From Bacteroidales bacterium (GTDB taxonomy: Bacteria > Bacteroidota > Bacteroidia > Bacteroidales > UBA1715), in NCBI GenBank assembly GCA_017516865.1, contig JAFXAU010000009.1, forward strand, positions 151,498 through 215,497: a stretch of 64,000 nucleotides of DNA, in the 5' to 3' direction. Position numbers and translations under genes: made by a program. How positions within the stretch are numbered: position 1 is the first letter of the stretch; every line of letters starts with the position of its first letter. Positions 54,832 through 64,000 of the stretch are shown here, in pieces. The notes under the pieces are model-generated. The model was not told the origin of the DNA and made no database searches. It was given only the letters and a program-made list of their open reading frames with translations.

Positions 54832-55410
54832 ATGATAAAGAACATAATATTGGCGGGGGTCGGCGGACAGGGAATCCTGACTATCGCATCGATTATCGAC
54901 CTTGCCGCAATGCATTCGGGACTGAATGTGAAACAAGCCGAGGTGCACGGTATGAGCCAGCGCGGCGGCGACGTGCAGTCGAATCTCCGCATTTCCGACG
55001 AAGAAATTTATTCCGACTTGATTCCAAAGGGCAAAGCCGACATTATTTTGGCAATGGAACCGCTCGAAGCGCTTCGCTACGTGTCGTATCTGCAAAAAGA
55101 CGGCATCATCATCACGGCATCGGCTCCGTTTAAGAACATCCCGAACTATCCCGATGAAAATCAAGTACTTGATACAATTAAGAACAGCGGATTCAAACAT
55201 ATCATCATCGATTCAAACGAGATTGCGCAGAATTTGAGCGAACGTGTGCTGAACGTGGTGATTGCCGGCGCGGTTGCACCGATTATCGGCATTGATTCCA
55301 ATGTGATGAAAGAAAGCGTGAAGGAATTGTTTGCCGCAAAAGGCGAAGAAATCGTTGCTATGAACGTCAAGGCGTTCGAAACTGGTGTTGAATATAATAA
55401 AAAACTCTAA
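54832..55410 (+). CDS. iorB: Indolepyruvate/2-oxoacid:ferredoxin oxidoreductase beta (gamma-type) subunit
   Basis: IILAGVGGQGILT and the 192-aa length fit. A paaK-like gene follows. Confidence 0.7.
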   Translation: MIKNIILAGVGGQGILTIASIIDLAAMHSGLNVKQAEVHGMSQRGGDVQSNLRISDEEIYSDLIPKGKADIILAMEPLEALRYVSYLQKDGIIITASAPFKNIPNYPDENQVLDTIKNSGFKHIIIDSNEIAQNLSERVLNVVIAGAVAPIIGIDSNVMKESVKELFAAKGEEIVAMNVKAFETGVEYNKKL

Positions 55411-55411
55411 T

Positions 55412-56713
55412 ATGATTTGGAATACATCCGTAGAATGTATGGACCGCGAATCAATGCGCAAGTTGCAAGGCGAACGCTTGAGAAACGTGGTTGAGCACGT
55501 ATATCATAACTGTGCCCCATACCGCGAAAGAATGCAACAGGCTGGTGTAAAACCATCTGACATTCAGTCAATTGACGACATTGTAAAATTGCCGTTTTCG
55601 TCGAAACAAGATTTGCGCGACTACTATCCGTGGGGGCTGCTTTCGGTTCCGCAGTCGGAAATTGTGAAAATCCACGCTTCGTCGGGAACAACGGGAAAAC
55701 CTATCGTGATGGCATACACCCGCAACGATGTGGCAAACTGGGCTGAGGCTGGAACACGCTGCTTGGCTGCCTACGGTCTTGGAAAAGATGACGTGATTCA
55801 GGTTTCATACGGCTACGGATTGTTCACCGGCGGACTTGGTGCGCACGATGCTTCGATGAATCTTGGTGCGACAACAATTCCAATGTCGGCAGGAAATACC
55901 GAAAAACAATTGTTGATGATGCGTGACCTTGGTGCGACTGGCTTGGCTTGTACGCCGTCGTATGCGCTCTATTTGGCTGAAGCTCTTGAAAAATCGGGTA
56001 TTCCACGCAACGAAATCAAATTGAAAGTGGGAATTTTCGGCGCAGAACCGTGGACTGAGGAAATGCGCAAGGAAATTGAATATCGTTTGGGCATTAAGGC
56101 TTACGACATTTATGGTTTGACTGAAATTTCAGGTCCGGGTGTCGGTTTTGAATGTGAATGCCAAAACGGAACACACTTGAACGAAGATTTGTTCTTCCCC
56201 GAAATTGTTGACCCGAAAACTGGCGAAGTCCTTCCCGAAGGAACCGAAGGCGAATTGGTGTTCACCACGCTTTCGAAAGAAGGAATGCCGATGATTCGTT
56301 TCCGCACGCACGATTTAACACATTTGATTTACGAAAAATGTTCGTGTGGCCGTACACTCGTGAGAATGGGCAGAATCCTCGGCCGTACCGACGATATGCT
56401 TATCATTCGTGGTGTGAACGTGTTCCCGTCGCAAGTTGAGGCAGTTCTCTGCACGCTCGAAGAAGTTGAACCGCATTTCTTCATCACTGTTGACCGTGTA
56501 AACAATACCGACACATTCGACATCGAAGTCGAAGTGAAGGAAAAATACTACTCCGACGTGATGAGCGAAATGGAATTGCTCCGCAAGAAAATCGCGCACG
56601 CAATCCACAGCGTTGTCGGCATTCAACCGAACATCAAGCCTGTCGCTCCAAATACGATAGAACGCAGTCAGGGTAAGGCAAAGCGAGTAAACGACAAACG
56701 GAAGTTCAAATAA
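55412..56713 (+). CDS. paaK: Phenylacetate--CoA ligase
   Basis: The start is moved to MIWNTSVECMDRE, 1 nt after the iorB stop. The AMP-binding motif SSGTTGKP is present. Confidence 0.85.
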   Translation: MIWNTSVECMDRESMRKLQGERLRNVVEHVYHNCAPYRERMQQAGVKPSDIQSIDDIVKLPFSSKQDLRDYYPWGLLSVPQSEIVKIHASSGTTGKPIVMAYTRNDVANWAEAGTRCLAAYGLGKDDVIQVSYGYGLFTGGLGAHDASMNLGATTIPMSAGNTEKQLLMMRDLGATGLACTPSYALYLAEALEKSGIPRNEIKLKVGIFGAEPWTEEMRKEIEYRLGIKAYDIYGLTEISGPGVGFECECQNGTHLNEDLFFPEIVDPKTGEVLPEGTEGELVFTTLSKEGMPMIRFRTHDLTHLIYEKCSCGRTLVRMGRILGRTDDMLIIRGVNVFPSQVEAVLCTLEEVEPHFFITVDRVNNTDTFDIEVEVKEKYYSDVMSEMELLRKKIAHAIHSVVGIQPNIKPVAPNTIERSQGKAKRVNDKRKFK

Positions 56714-56728
56714 TTAAAATTTACGGAC

Positions 56729-57136
56729 ATGGTAGTAAAACAGCTTTCAGTTTATTTGGAAAACAAACCGAACACTTTGAACAAAATGTTGCAGGTTTTA
56801 ACGGAACACGGCATCAACATGACGGCGTTCTGCGTTGCCGATTCGGTTGATTACGGAATTGTGCGCTTTTGCGTCGGCCGTCCAGAGTTGGCATATTCAA
56901 TTTTGCGTGAAAACGGCTATACCGTTCGTCTGACCGATGTTGTCTGCATTGAAGTTCCGCATGAATCGGGAGGTTTGCACAAGGCAATCCGCATTATTTC
57001 CGAAAGCGACATCAATATTGATTATATGTACGCGTTCGCCGACGGCGGTTCTGCGAAAGTTGTAATTCGTTGTAATTCAACGGAAAGATTGATTGAAATC
57101 GCCCAAGCAAATCATTTGGAATTAGTGAAAATCTAA
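56729..57136 (+). CDS. ACT domain protein
   Basis: 135 aa. LSVYLENKPNTLNKMLQVLTEHGINM is ACT-like, and the gene's position after paaK is the usual one. Confidence 0.65.
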   Translation: MVVKQLSVYLENKPNTLNKMLQVLTEHGINMTAFCVADSVDYGIVRFCVGRPELAYSILRENGYTVRLTDVVCIEVPHESGGLHKAIRIISESDINIDYMYAFADGGSAKVVIRCNSTERLIEIAQANHLELVKI

Positions 57137-57147
57137 AATCAATAGCC

Positions 57148-58671
57148 ATGCTGGATCAGAAATTACTTCAAAAACAACAGCAGAAGTTATCGCCGCAGCA
57201 AATTCAGGTGATAAAGATGCTCGAAATTCCCACTGTGGAATTGGATACCCGTATAAAGGAAGAAATTGAGGCAAATCCAGCATTGGAAGTTGACGATACC
57301 GACGAACCCGACGACAATCAGGAAAAACTTGATTCCAACGAAACCGATTCTGATTCAGATTCGGACAATGGCAACGATGACGATTTTTCGGGTAATGACG
57401 ATGATGGAAGTCCGTCGGAAATCGACAAGAACGACGAATTCGACATTGACGATTATTTCAACGAAGACGAATATTCCAACTATAAATATTCGGTAAACAA
57501 TACGTCGCCCGACCAAGAAAACAAAGACATTCCGTTTTCGGGCGGAAATTCGTTTCAGGAAAACTTGAAATCGCAGCTTGGTCTGCTGAATCTTTCGGAA
57601 GACGATATGGCAATTGCCGATTTCATTATTGGCAACATTGACGAGGACGGCTATTTGCGCCGCGATTTGGAAAGCATTTCCGACGACATTTTGTTGCTTC
57701 AGAATAAATCTGTTTCCGTGGAAGATTTGCAACGAATTCTTTCGGCAATTCAAACACTCGACCCAGCGGGAATCGGAGCGACTTCACTACAGGAATGTCT
57801 ATTGCTACAAGTGGAACGTAAGACAAAGACGCCCGAAACCCTTACGGCAAAGGCAATTTTGAGAGATTTCTACGAAGAATTTACCAAAAAGCACTACGAT
57901 AAAATTCTTCAAGGCCTCGAAATACAGGAAGAAGACCTCAAAGCGGCAATGGACGTGATTCTCAAGCTGAATCCGAAACCAGGAAACGGAACTGTCGATT
58001 CGTATGCAAAAACGATAAATCAGACTATTCTTCCCGATTTTTTATTGGAAAATGTAAACGACGAACTTGTGTTGTCGATAAATTCTCGAAACATTCCCAA
58101 TCTGAAGGTTAGCAAGACATACGTGAACATGCTTCAGGAATATGCTCCTACGCAGAAAAGCAATGCAAAGGAACGTGAAGCGTTTGATTTTATAAAGCAA
58201 AAACTTGATTCGGCGAAATGGTTCATCGATGCGATTAAACAGCGGAACAACACGTTGCTGTCGACGATGAAGGTTATTTTCGATTTTCAAAAAGATTTTT
58301 TTACTACTGGTGACGAAACGAAACTCAAACCGATGATTCTGAAAGACATAGCAGACCGAACAGGTTTGGATATTTCAACAATTTCGCGTGTGGCAAACAG
58401 CAAGCACATTCAAACGCCGTATGGAATTTATTCATTGAAATATTTCTTCTCCGAAGGTTTGCAGACAGAATCGGGCGAGGAGGCTTCGTCGCGACAGATT
58501 AAACAAATTTTGCAAGACACCATTGCCGAGGAAAATAAAAAGAAACCATATACCGATGAGCAATTGGCGGATGTACTCAAAACCAAAGGATACATAATTG
58601 CCCGCAGAACGATTGCAAAATATCGTGAGCAACTCGGACTGCCCGTTGGAAGGCTCCGTAAAGAACTCTAA
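57148..58671 (+). CDS. rpoN: RNA polymerase sigma-54 factor
   Basis: A Gln-rich region I is followed by an acidic region II. The C-terminal RpoN box is ARRTIAKYREQLGL. Confidence 0.95.
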   Translation: MLDQKLLQKQQQKLSPQQIQVIKMLEIPTVELDTRIKEEIEANPALEVDDTDEPDDNQEKLDSNETDSDSDSDNGNDDDFSGNDDDGSPSEIDKNDEFDIDDYFNEDEYSNYKYSVNNTSPDQENKDIPFSGGNSFQENLKSQLGLLNLSEDDMAIADFIIGNIDEDGYLRRDLESISDDILLLQNKSVSVEDLQRILSAIQTLDPAGIGATSLQECLLLQVERKTKTPETLTAKAILRDFYEEFTKKHYDKILQGLEIQEEDLKAAMDVILKLNPKPGNGTVDSYAKTINQTILPDFLLENVNDELVLSINSRNIPNLKVSKTYVNMLQEYAPTQKSNAKEREAFDFIKQKLDSAKWFIDAIKQRNNTLLSTMKVIFDFQKDFFTTGDETKLKPMILKDIADRTGLDISTISRVANSKHIQTPYGIYSLKYFFSEGLQTESGEEASSRQIKQILQDTIAEENKKKPYTDEQLADVLKTKGYIIARRTIAKYREQLGLPVGRLRKEL

Positions 58672-58672
58672 C

Positions 58673-59323
58673 ATGGAACGACTGCTGAAAATCCTCGCAT
58701 GGACTATTTCCGTTATTTTCCATCCAATTGGAATGACGTTCATTGGTTGCCTTCTCATCTACTTGAATTATTATCAATTCGTTTTCATTGACATTGTGCA
58801 GTCGAATCGGATTTTGTTCATTCGTAATACTTCTGTTTTGCAACCGATTTTCTTTTTGTTTTATGTGTTGCCTGTCGTTGTTTGTGGATTCTATTGGCTT
58901 TTTTTCATGAGACCACGAGAATCGAAGACAGAAACTATCAATGACCGTTTAATAACGCTCAGTCTTGTTGTACTGATTTATTCCATCTGTTTTTTCAACA
59001 CAACCATTCTACCCATTTATTCCACCTTCATTTTGTCCTGTATCATAGTGATTATGCTGACGTGTATAATCACATTGTTTTGGAAGATAAGTATGCACTG
59101 CGTCGGCATTGGGGGACTTCTTGGGTTACAAGTTTACATGTTGTATTTATGGCATCCGTATGCGGGAATTGTCATGAATATATTACCGTTTTTCGTCATT
59201 AGTGCCGGTTTGGTCGGAACGGCGCGACTATACTTGCAGGCGCATTCGCAGAAACAGATTTACGTCGGCTACCTTGTCGGATTTATCGGCATTTTTACAT
59301 GTTTATTGCTTTTTAAAGCCTAA
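58673..59323 (+). CDS. Polytopic membrane protein, possibly divergent PAP2-like
   Basis: The start is moved to MERLLKILAW, 1 nt after the rpoN stop. SMHC and ARLYLQAHSQKQ weakly resemble PAP2 motifs. Confidence 0.4.
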   Translation: MERLLKILAWTISVIFHPIGMTFIGCLLIYLNYYQFVFIDIVQSNRILFIRNTSVLQPIFFLFYVLPVVVCGFYWLFFMRPRESKTETINDRLITLSLVVLIYSICFFNTTILPIYSTFILSCIIVIMLTCIITLFWKISMHCVGIGGLLGLQVYMLYLWHPYAGIVMNILPFFVISAGLVGTARLYLQAHSQKQIYVGYLVGFIGIFTCLLLFKA

Positions 59324-59360
59324 TCGCTTGTAAATTCATATATTTGCAAAAAATAAAAAC

Positions 59361-60329
59361 GTGGACGAGAATAATTCAATTATCGAACAGGCCAAGCGTA
59401 TAATTGTTGAAGAATCGAGATCTATCAACAATTTGTCGAATTATCTTGACGATAATTTTGCGAATGTCGTGAAAGAAATTCTTGCGACAAAAGGCAGGCT
59501 TGTGATTACGGGTATTGGGAAGAGTGCCCTGATTGCCAATAAAATAGTTGCTACGATGAATTCCACTGGAACTCCGGCTTTGTTTATGCATGCCGCAGAA
59601 GCAATTCATGGCGATTTGGGTATGATTCAGAAAGATGACATCGTTCTTTGTATTTCCAAAAGCGGAAATACACCAGAAATAAAAGTGTTGATTCCATTGT
59701 TGAAACGAGGAGGCAACAAGTTGATTGCAATGGTTTCGGAGCGTACGTCGTATCTTGCCGAACATGCCGATTACGTTTTGTATGCCCATGTTGAACGCGA
59801 AGCCGACATCAATAATTTGGCTCCGACAAACAGTACCACGGCTCAGTTGGTTATGGGAGACACATTGGCTATGTGTTTGTTGGAACAGCGCAAATTCACA
59901 CCGCAGGATTTTGCAAAATATCATCCTGGAGGAGCTTTGGGCAAACGTATGTACATGCGTGTTGACGATATTTTTATCGAAGAAAATGCTCCAAAGGTGT
60001 TTGCAAATCAGACAATTACCGAAGTTATTATTGAAATATCTTCAAAACGTCTCGGAGCGACGGCCGTTGTTGACGAAAACAATAATTTGCTTGGTATCAT
60101 AACTGACGGAGACCTGCGCCGTATGCTTGAAAAAAATACGCATATTGCCGATGTGGTTGCTGCCGACATTATGAGCAAAAATCCTAAGACAATTAGTCGT
60201 AATGAGTTGGCAATAAAAGCATTCGAACAAATGGAGAAAAACAGCATCACTCAATTGGTTGTGACCGACGGCGGAAAATACTTGGGAATGATTCATCTTC
60301 ATGATTTACTAAAAGAGGGGATTGTATAG
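59361..60329 (+). CDS. kdsD: Arabinose-5-phosphate isomerase (KpsF/GutQ family; SIS plus 2 CBS)
   Basis: GRLVITGIGKSALIANKIVATMNSTGTPALFMHAAEAIHGDLGM is present, followed by tandem CBS domains. Confidence 0.9.
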   Translation: MDENNSIIEQAKRIIVEESRSINNLSNYLDDNFANVVKEILATKGRLVITGIGKSALIANKIVATMNSTGTPALFMHAAEAIHGDLGMIQKDDIVLCISKSGNTPEIKVLIPLLKRGGNKLIAMVSERTSYLAEHADYVLYAHVEREADINNLAPTNSTTAQLVMGDTLAMCLLEQRKFTPQDFAKYHPGGALGKRMYMRVDDIFIEENAPKVFANQTITEVIIEISSKRLGATAVVDENNNLLGIITDGDLRRMLEKNTHIADVVAADIMSKNPKTISRNELAIKAFEQMEKNSITQLVVTDGGKYLGMIHLHDLLKEGIV

Positions 60330-61597
60330 TGCAGACATTGAAACGTAGCGATATAGAAATAATGGCGCCCGTAGGCTCGTATGAGTCGCTTATGGCAGCC
60401 ATTCAGGCTGGGGCAAATTCGGTGTATTTCGGCATAGAAATGCTGAATATGCGTGCACGTTCGTCGAATAATTTCACGACCGAAGATTTGGCGAATATTG
60501 TAAAAATTTGCAATGAACACGGCATAAAATCCTACTTGACCGTAAACACAATTATTTACGACAAGGATATGGAAACCTTGCACAAGGTGATGAAAGCGGC
60601 AAAGGACAACAACGTTTCTGCCATCATTGCCTGCGACATTGCCGCCATTCAATGTGCTATGGAGTATGGTGTTGAGGTTCATATTTCCACGCAACTTAAT
60701 ATTTCGAACACGCAGGCGGTGCGTTTCTTTTCGCAATATGCCGATGTGGTGGTACTTGCGCGGGAATTGAACTTGATGCAGGTTAAGGAAATTTATAAGG
60801 CAATTCAAGACGAACATATCTGTGGACCGAAAGGTGAATTGGTGAAACTTGAAATGTTTTGCCACGGAGCGTTGTGCCAGGCAATTTCGGGAAAATGCTA
60901 TTTGAGTTTGCACGAAAACAACTATTCGGCAAACAAAGGTGCGTGTCTACAAACGTGCCGCAAAGCCTACATTGTTACGGAAAAGGAAACGGGCAACGAG
61001 TTGGAAATCGACAACGAATATATTATGTCGCCCAAAGATCTTTGTACAATCGGTTTTCTTGACGAATTGATTGACGCTGGTGTGCGTGTGCTGAAAATCG
61101 AAGGTCGTGCCCGTAGTGCGGAATACGTGAAAACTGTGGTGGAATGCTACAATCAGGCGATTGAAGAAATTATCTCCGGAATGTATGCCGACAACACGGA
61201 GCAAAAAGTTGCAGCGTGGAAAGAACGTCTTTCGCGGGTTTTCAACCGAGGTTTTTGGAATGGCTATTATTTAGGTCAACGACTTGGCGAGTGGAGCCGT
61301 CACTATGGCAGCAGCGCCACAAAGACGAAAATTGCCATAGGCAAGTGCACCAACTATTTTTCAAATCTGAATGTTGCGGAATTTTTGATGCAGTCCGACG
61401 AACTTTGTCAGGGCGACGAGGTTCTCATCACTGGTCCTACGACTGGCGTTATCGAAATGACCGCCAACGACATACGTGTTGATTTGAAAACAGTGGAAAA
61501 GACTGTCAAAGGAGAATTGTTTTCAATGAAAACAGATAAAATCCGTCGTGGCGATAAGTTATTCAAAGTGGTTGATTCAGAGTTGATTAAGAAATAA
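60329..61597 (+). CDS. Peptidase U32 family protein
   Basis: EIMAPVGSYESLMAAIQAGANSVYFG and the later ALCQAISGKCYLS are present. Confidence 0.85.
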   Translation: MQTLKRSDIEIMAPVGSYESLMAAIQAGANSVYFGIEMLNMRARSSNNFTTEDLANIVKICNEHGIKSYLTVNTIIYDKDMETLHKVMKAAKDNNVSAIIACDIAAIQCAMEYGVEVHISTQLNISNTQAVRFFSQYADVVVLARELNLMQVKEIYKAIQDEHICGPKGELVKLEMFCHGALCQAISGKCYLSLHENNYSANKGACLQTCRKAYIVTEKETGNELEIDNEYIMSPKDLCTIGFLDELIDAGVRVLKIEGRARSAEYVKTVVECYNQAIEEIISGMYADNTEQKVAAWKERLSRVFNRGFWNGYYLGQRLGEWSRHYGSSATKTKIAIGKCTNYFSNLNVAEFLMQSDELCQGDEVLITGPTTGVIEMTANDIRVDLKTVEKTVKGELFSMKTDKIRRGDKLFKVVDSELIKK

Positions 61598-61714
61598 GAA
61601 TTGCCGTCTCGACGGGCTCAACGACCAAATAACTAATAAAGTGTTTCTAATGGCGGAGAGGCTTATGGAATAACGGGTGGCTGAGCTTGTCGAAGTCACA
61701 TTATAAAACAGACA

Positions 61715-63007
61715 ATGAGTGTTTGGCAGGAAATAAAAGGTTTCGTTTCGTCCGAAATTATAAAAAATTCGGCTAAACTTCTCAGTGCCAGTATTATAGT
61801 GCAAACCATCGGTTTGCTTGTTTATCCAATTCTCACACGATTATATAGTCCCGAAGATTTTGGATTGATAAATTTATTTCTGAGCATTGCGGGCGTGCTG
61901 TCGTTGTTTGCCACGGCAGAATTCCAGTATGCCATTTTGCTTCCGAAATCCGAAGAAAAGGCAATTTCGTGTGTTCACATTGGTGGATTAATCACATTGG
62001 TGGTTGTGGGTTTATTGGTCTGCACAATTCCATTTTCTGAAACAATTTCGGGCTGGTTCAATGCGCCGAATTTGGCGGAATGGTATTGGGCGATTCCTAT
62101 TTTTGTACTGCTTTCGGGAATGTGGACACTCTTAAATTATTGGTACACAAGAAATAAACGTTTTGGCGAAATTGGCACATATCAAGTCACGCAATGTTTG
62201 ACAAACGCGGTGGCAAAATGCGGTTTCGGATTCGCTGGATTTGTGAACGGTGGTTTGATTCTTTCTGCAATTGTATCGCCGTTTATAGCATTGGCAATGA
62301 GTATTGCAACTACGTGGAAATCAAGTATAAAACAACTTTTTTCTTGTAATCAATCGCCGTTGTCTGCAACGTTCAAGGAATATTCCAATTTCCCGAAGTA
62401 CTCGTTGCCACGGGCGATTATAAACTATTTCAGCGGAACTATGCCGATATTCATACTCACGCCGTACTTTGGTTTAACTGAAATAGGATTTTTCGGTATG
62501 GCACTTACGCTTGCATTTAAGCCTATCAATATGATTTCCAGCTCATTGTACCAAGTTCTTTTTCAAAAAACTTCGGAGCAAGTTCAAAACCGGACATCAA
62601 TAAAACCGCAAATCTTTACATTTTTGAGAACATCCATATACATTATTATACCATGTTTTGCGTTGTTGTATTTTTTGTTGCCTTCGGTTATAGACATTCT
62701 TTTAGGGGAGAATTGGCACGAAACAGGTGAGTATATTCGATTGATGCTCTGTTGGTTAGCGATTTCTTTTTTGGTGGCTCCAATTTGTTATATCTCTGAT
62801 ATTTTTCAAAAACAAAAAATCGGGCTGTTTTTTGAAATACTCTTGATTTTGACCCGATTAGCCGGGCTTGGATTTGGAATTTACACTCAAAGTTTCTTCA
62901 ATGCAATTGTAGGCTATTGCATCGGTAGCACGGTGAGTATCTGTGCGCAGTTGATTTGGTATATTAGTTTGATTTTCAACTACGAACGGATAGTTGCGGA
63001 TTTATAG
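61715..63007 (+). CDS. Polysaccharide/oligosaccharide flippase (Wzx-like)
   Basis: 430 aa with about 12 TM segments. The N-terminal NSAKLLSASIIVQTIGLLVYPILTRLYSPEDFG is typical of the family. Confidence 0.6.
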   Translation: MSVWQEIKGFVSSEIIKNSAKLLSASIIVQTIGLLVYPILTRLYSPEDFGLINLFLSIAGVLSLFATAEFQYAILLPKSEEKAISCVHIGGLITLVVVGLLVCTIPFSETISGWFNAPNLAEWYWAIPIFVLLSGMWTLLNYWYTRNKRFGEIGTYQVTQCLTNAVAKCGFGFAGFVNGGLILSAIVSPFIALAMSIATTWKSSIKQLFSCNQSPLSATFKEYSNFPKYSLPRAIINYFSGTMPIFILTPYFGLTEIGFFGMALTLAFKPINMISSSLYQVLFQKTSEQVQNRTSIKPQIFTFLRTSIYIIIPCFALLYFLLPSVIDILLGENWHETGEYIRLMLCWLAISFLVAPICYISDIFQKQKIGLFFEILLILTRLAGLGFGIYTQSFFNAIVGYCIGSTVSICAQLIWYISLIFNYERIVADL

Positions 63008-64000
63008 CAATTTCGTAGTTGCAGCCCAATTTGTTGGCTTGAGAATGGCAACGCATATTGTCGAATTTTCTCACTATCAAAGTTTTGGAAGTTATTGAGC
63101 ATCCATTGTAGTGCGGAGTACAATCCGTCTTCGTCACCTACAGAAACCAAAATGCCAGTTTCTTGCGTAACTAACTGAGGAGCAATGCCAACCTGCGATG
63201 AAACCACTGGAATTCCGCTCGCCAGCGCTTCGGGAATCACCGTTGCAAATGTTTCATAGTTGGAAAATAGTACGAAAAAATCGCTTTGGTGCATCCAGTC
63301 GCTCACTTGTTGTGGCGTTTGCTCGCCGACAAAACGGATAACTGAAGTCAACATTAAATTTTGAGCTTCTTTGTGAATCTGTTTGAAATCGGGACCCGTA
63401 CCTATTATAATAAGCTCAAAATCAAATCGTTCATCTGATAGCCGTTGGACGGCTCGCAATATGCCACGAATATTCTTTGCAGATTCGTCAAAGCAGGAAA
63501 CGTGCAAAATCCGTCTTTTTGTTCGTGGTTGTTTTTCTTGTGGCACATAGAAAAAATCATCAACAACATTTCCTACGCAAATAGTCCGTTTTGCTTGTAA
63601 ACCAACGCATTGCATTGCGTCTGCCAATGTTTGGGAAACAGGTAATAAACATTCCGCATTTCGTACAACCGTTTGGCTGAGATGTTTTCTCAGAAATCCT
63701 GTATATGTTCGTTTTTCAGGTAAATATCGAGACCATTGTTCTGTAATAATATATGGTATTCCATATTTTTTCTTTAAAAGATACGCAAGAAATCCTGTTC
63801 GTGTAAGTATATGTGCGTGAGTAACTTTTGGCTTCCCCCAGTTTGACAAAACGTGTGCGTAGCCTTTTTGGAATGCACGAAAATATGTGACAATTTTCCG
63901 CAACAATCCAACTTTTTTCGGATAATAGACAATTGTTTCGAGAATACCCTGATTTTTATTTGTAACTATCTCATAATCAACCACGTGTTTGTCGGCAAGT
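62980..64000 (-). CDS. Glycosyltransferase family 4 (N-terminus beyond window edge)
   Basis: EALASGIPVVSSQVGI lies in the C-terminal Rossmann half. The frame stays open to nt 64000 (..LADKHVVDYEIV). The 3' end overlaps the flippase gene by 28 nt. Confidence 0.8.
   Translation of the reverse strand, partial: LADKHVVDYEIVTNKNQGILETIVYYPKKVGLLRKIVTYFRAFQKGYAHVLSNWGKPKVTHAHILTRTGFLAYLLKKKYGIPYIITEQWSRYLPEKRTYTGFLRKHLSQTVVRNAECLLPVSQTLADAMQCVGLQAKRTICVGNVVDDFFYVPQEKQPRTKRRILHVSCFDESAKNIRGILRAVQRLSDERFDFELIIIGTGPDFKQIHKEAQNLMLTSVIRFVGEQTPQQVSDWMHQSDFFVLFSNYETFATVIPEALASGIPVVSSQVGIAPQLVTQETGILVSVGDEDGLYSALQWMLNNFQNFDSEKIRQYALPFSSQQIGLQLRNCYKSATIRS

Overview
This 64-kb segment reads as a Bacteroidales (Bacteroidota) chromosome. 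Supporting signs are T9SS C-terminal sorting domains, a type III glutamine synthetase, sigma-54 and TTTG/TAnnTTTG promoter boxes. It falls into four blocks. (1) 1-8.4 kb holds two tandem BNR-propeller T9SS cargo paralogs, a small Ig-like/dockerin-like protein, and a 1018-aa scaffoldin-like T9SS protein with three cohesin-like modules. (2) 8.4-22.1 kb is a visibly AT-richer accessory island (judged by eye, not computed) whose cassettes are separated by a family of REP-like palindromic repeats. It carries an LRR T9SS protein, a YjbR gene and a 7-gene operon. That operon joins a TerB-like protein, a DUF4236-TM-TerB-AAA+ ATPase and a secreted NucA-type nuclease to a complete His-Xaa-Ser (HxsA-D-B-C) twin radical-SAM cassette. 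A zeta-like kinase cassette and two MNT/HepT pairs (one frameshifted) follow. The 7-gene operon is my best candidate for an undescribed system. (3) 22.1-47.9 kb is a glutamine/nitrogen supercluster (asnB-gltD-gltB, type III glnA, carB-carA-purF, bcp, pyrG). It is interrupted by two accessory insertions: a lipoprotein plus a kinase-like protein, and Fic plus a collagen-like lipoprotein, a Cys-rich membrane protein and an HTH protein. (4) 48-64 kb is housekeeping: oadGAB, folK, iorB-paaK-ACT, rpoN, kdsD, U32 peptidase, flippase and GT4. I could not recognise any rRNA, tRNA, CRISPR array, transposase or integrase. All family assignments come from motif recognition by eye, not from searches.
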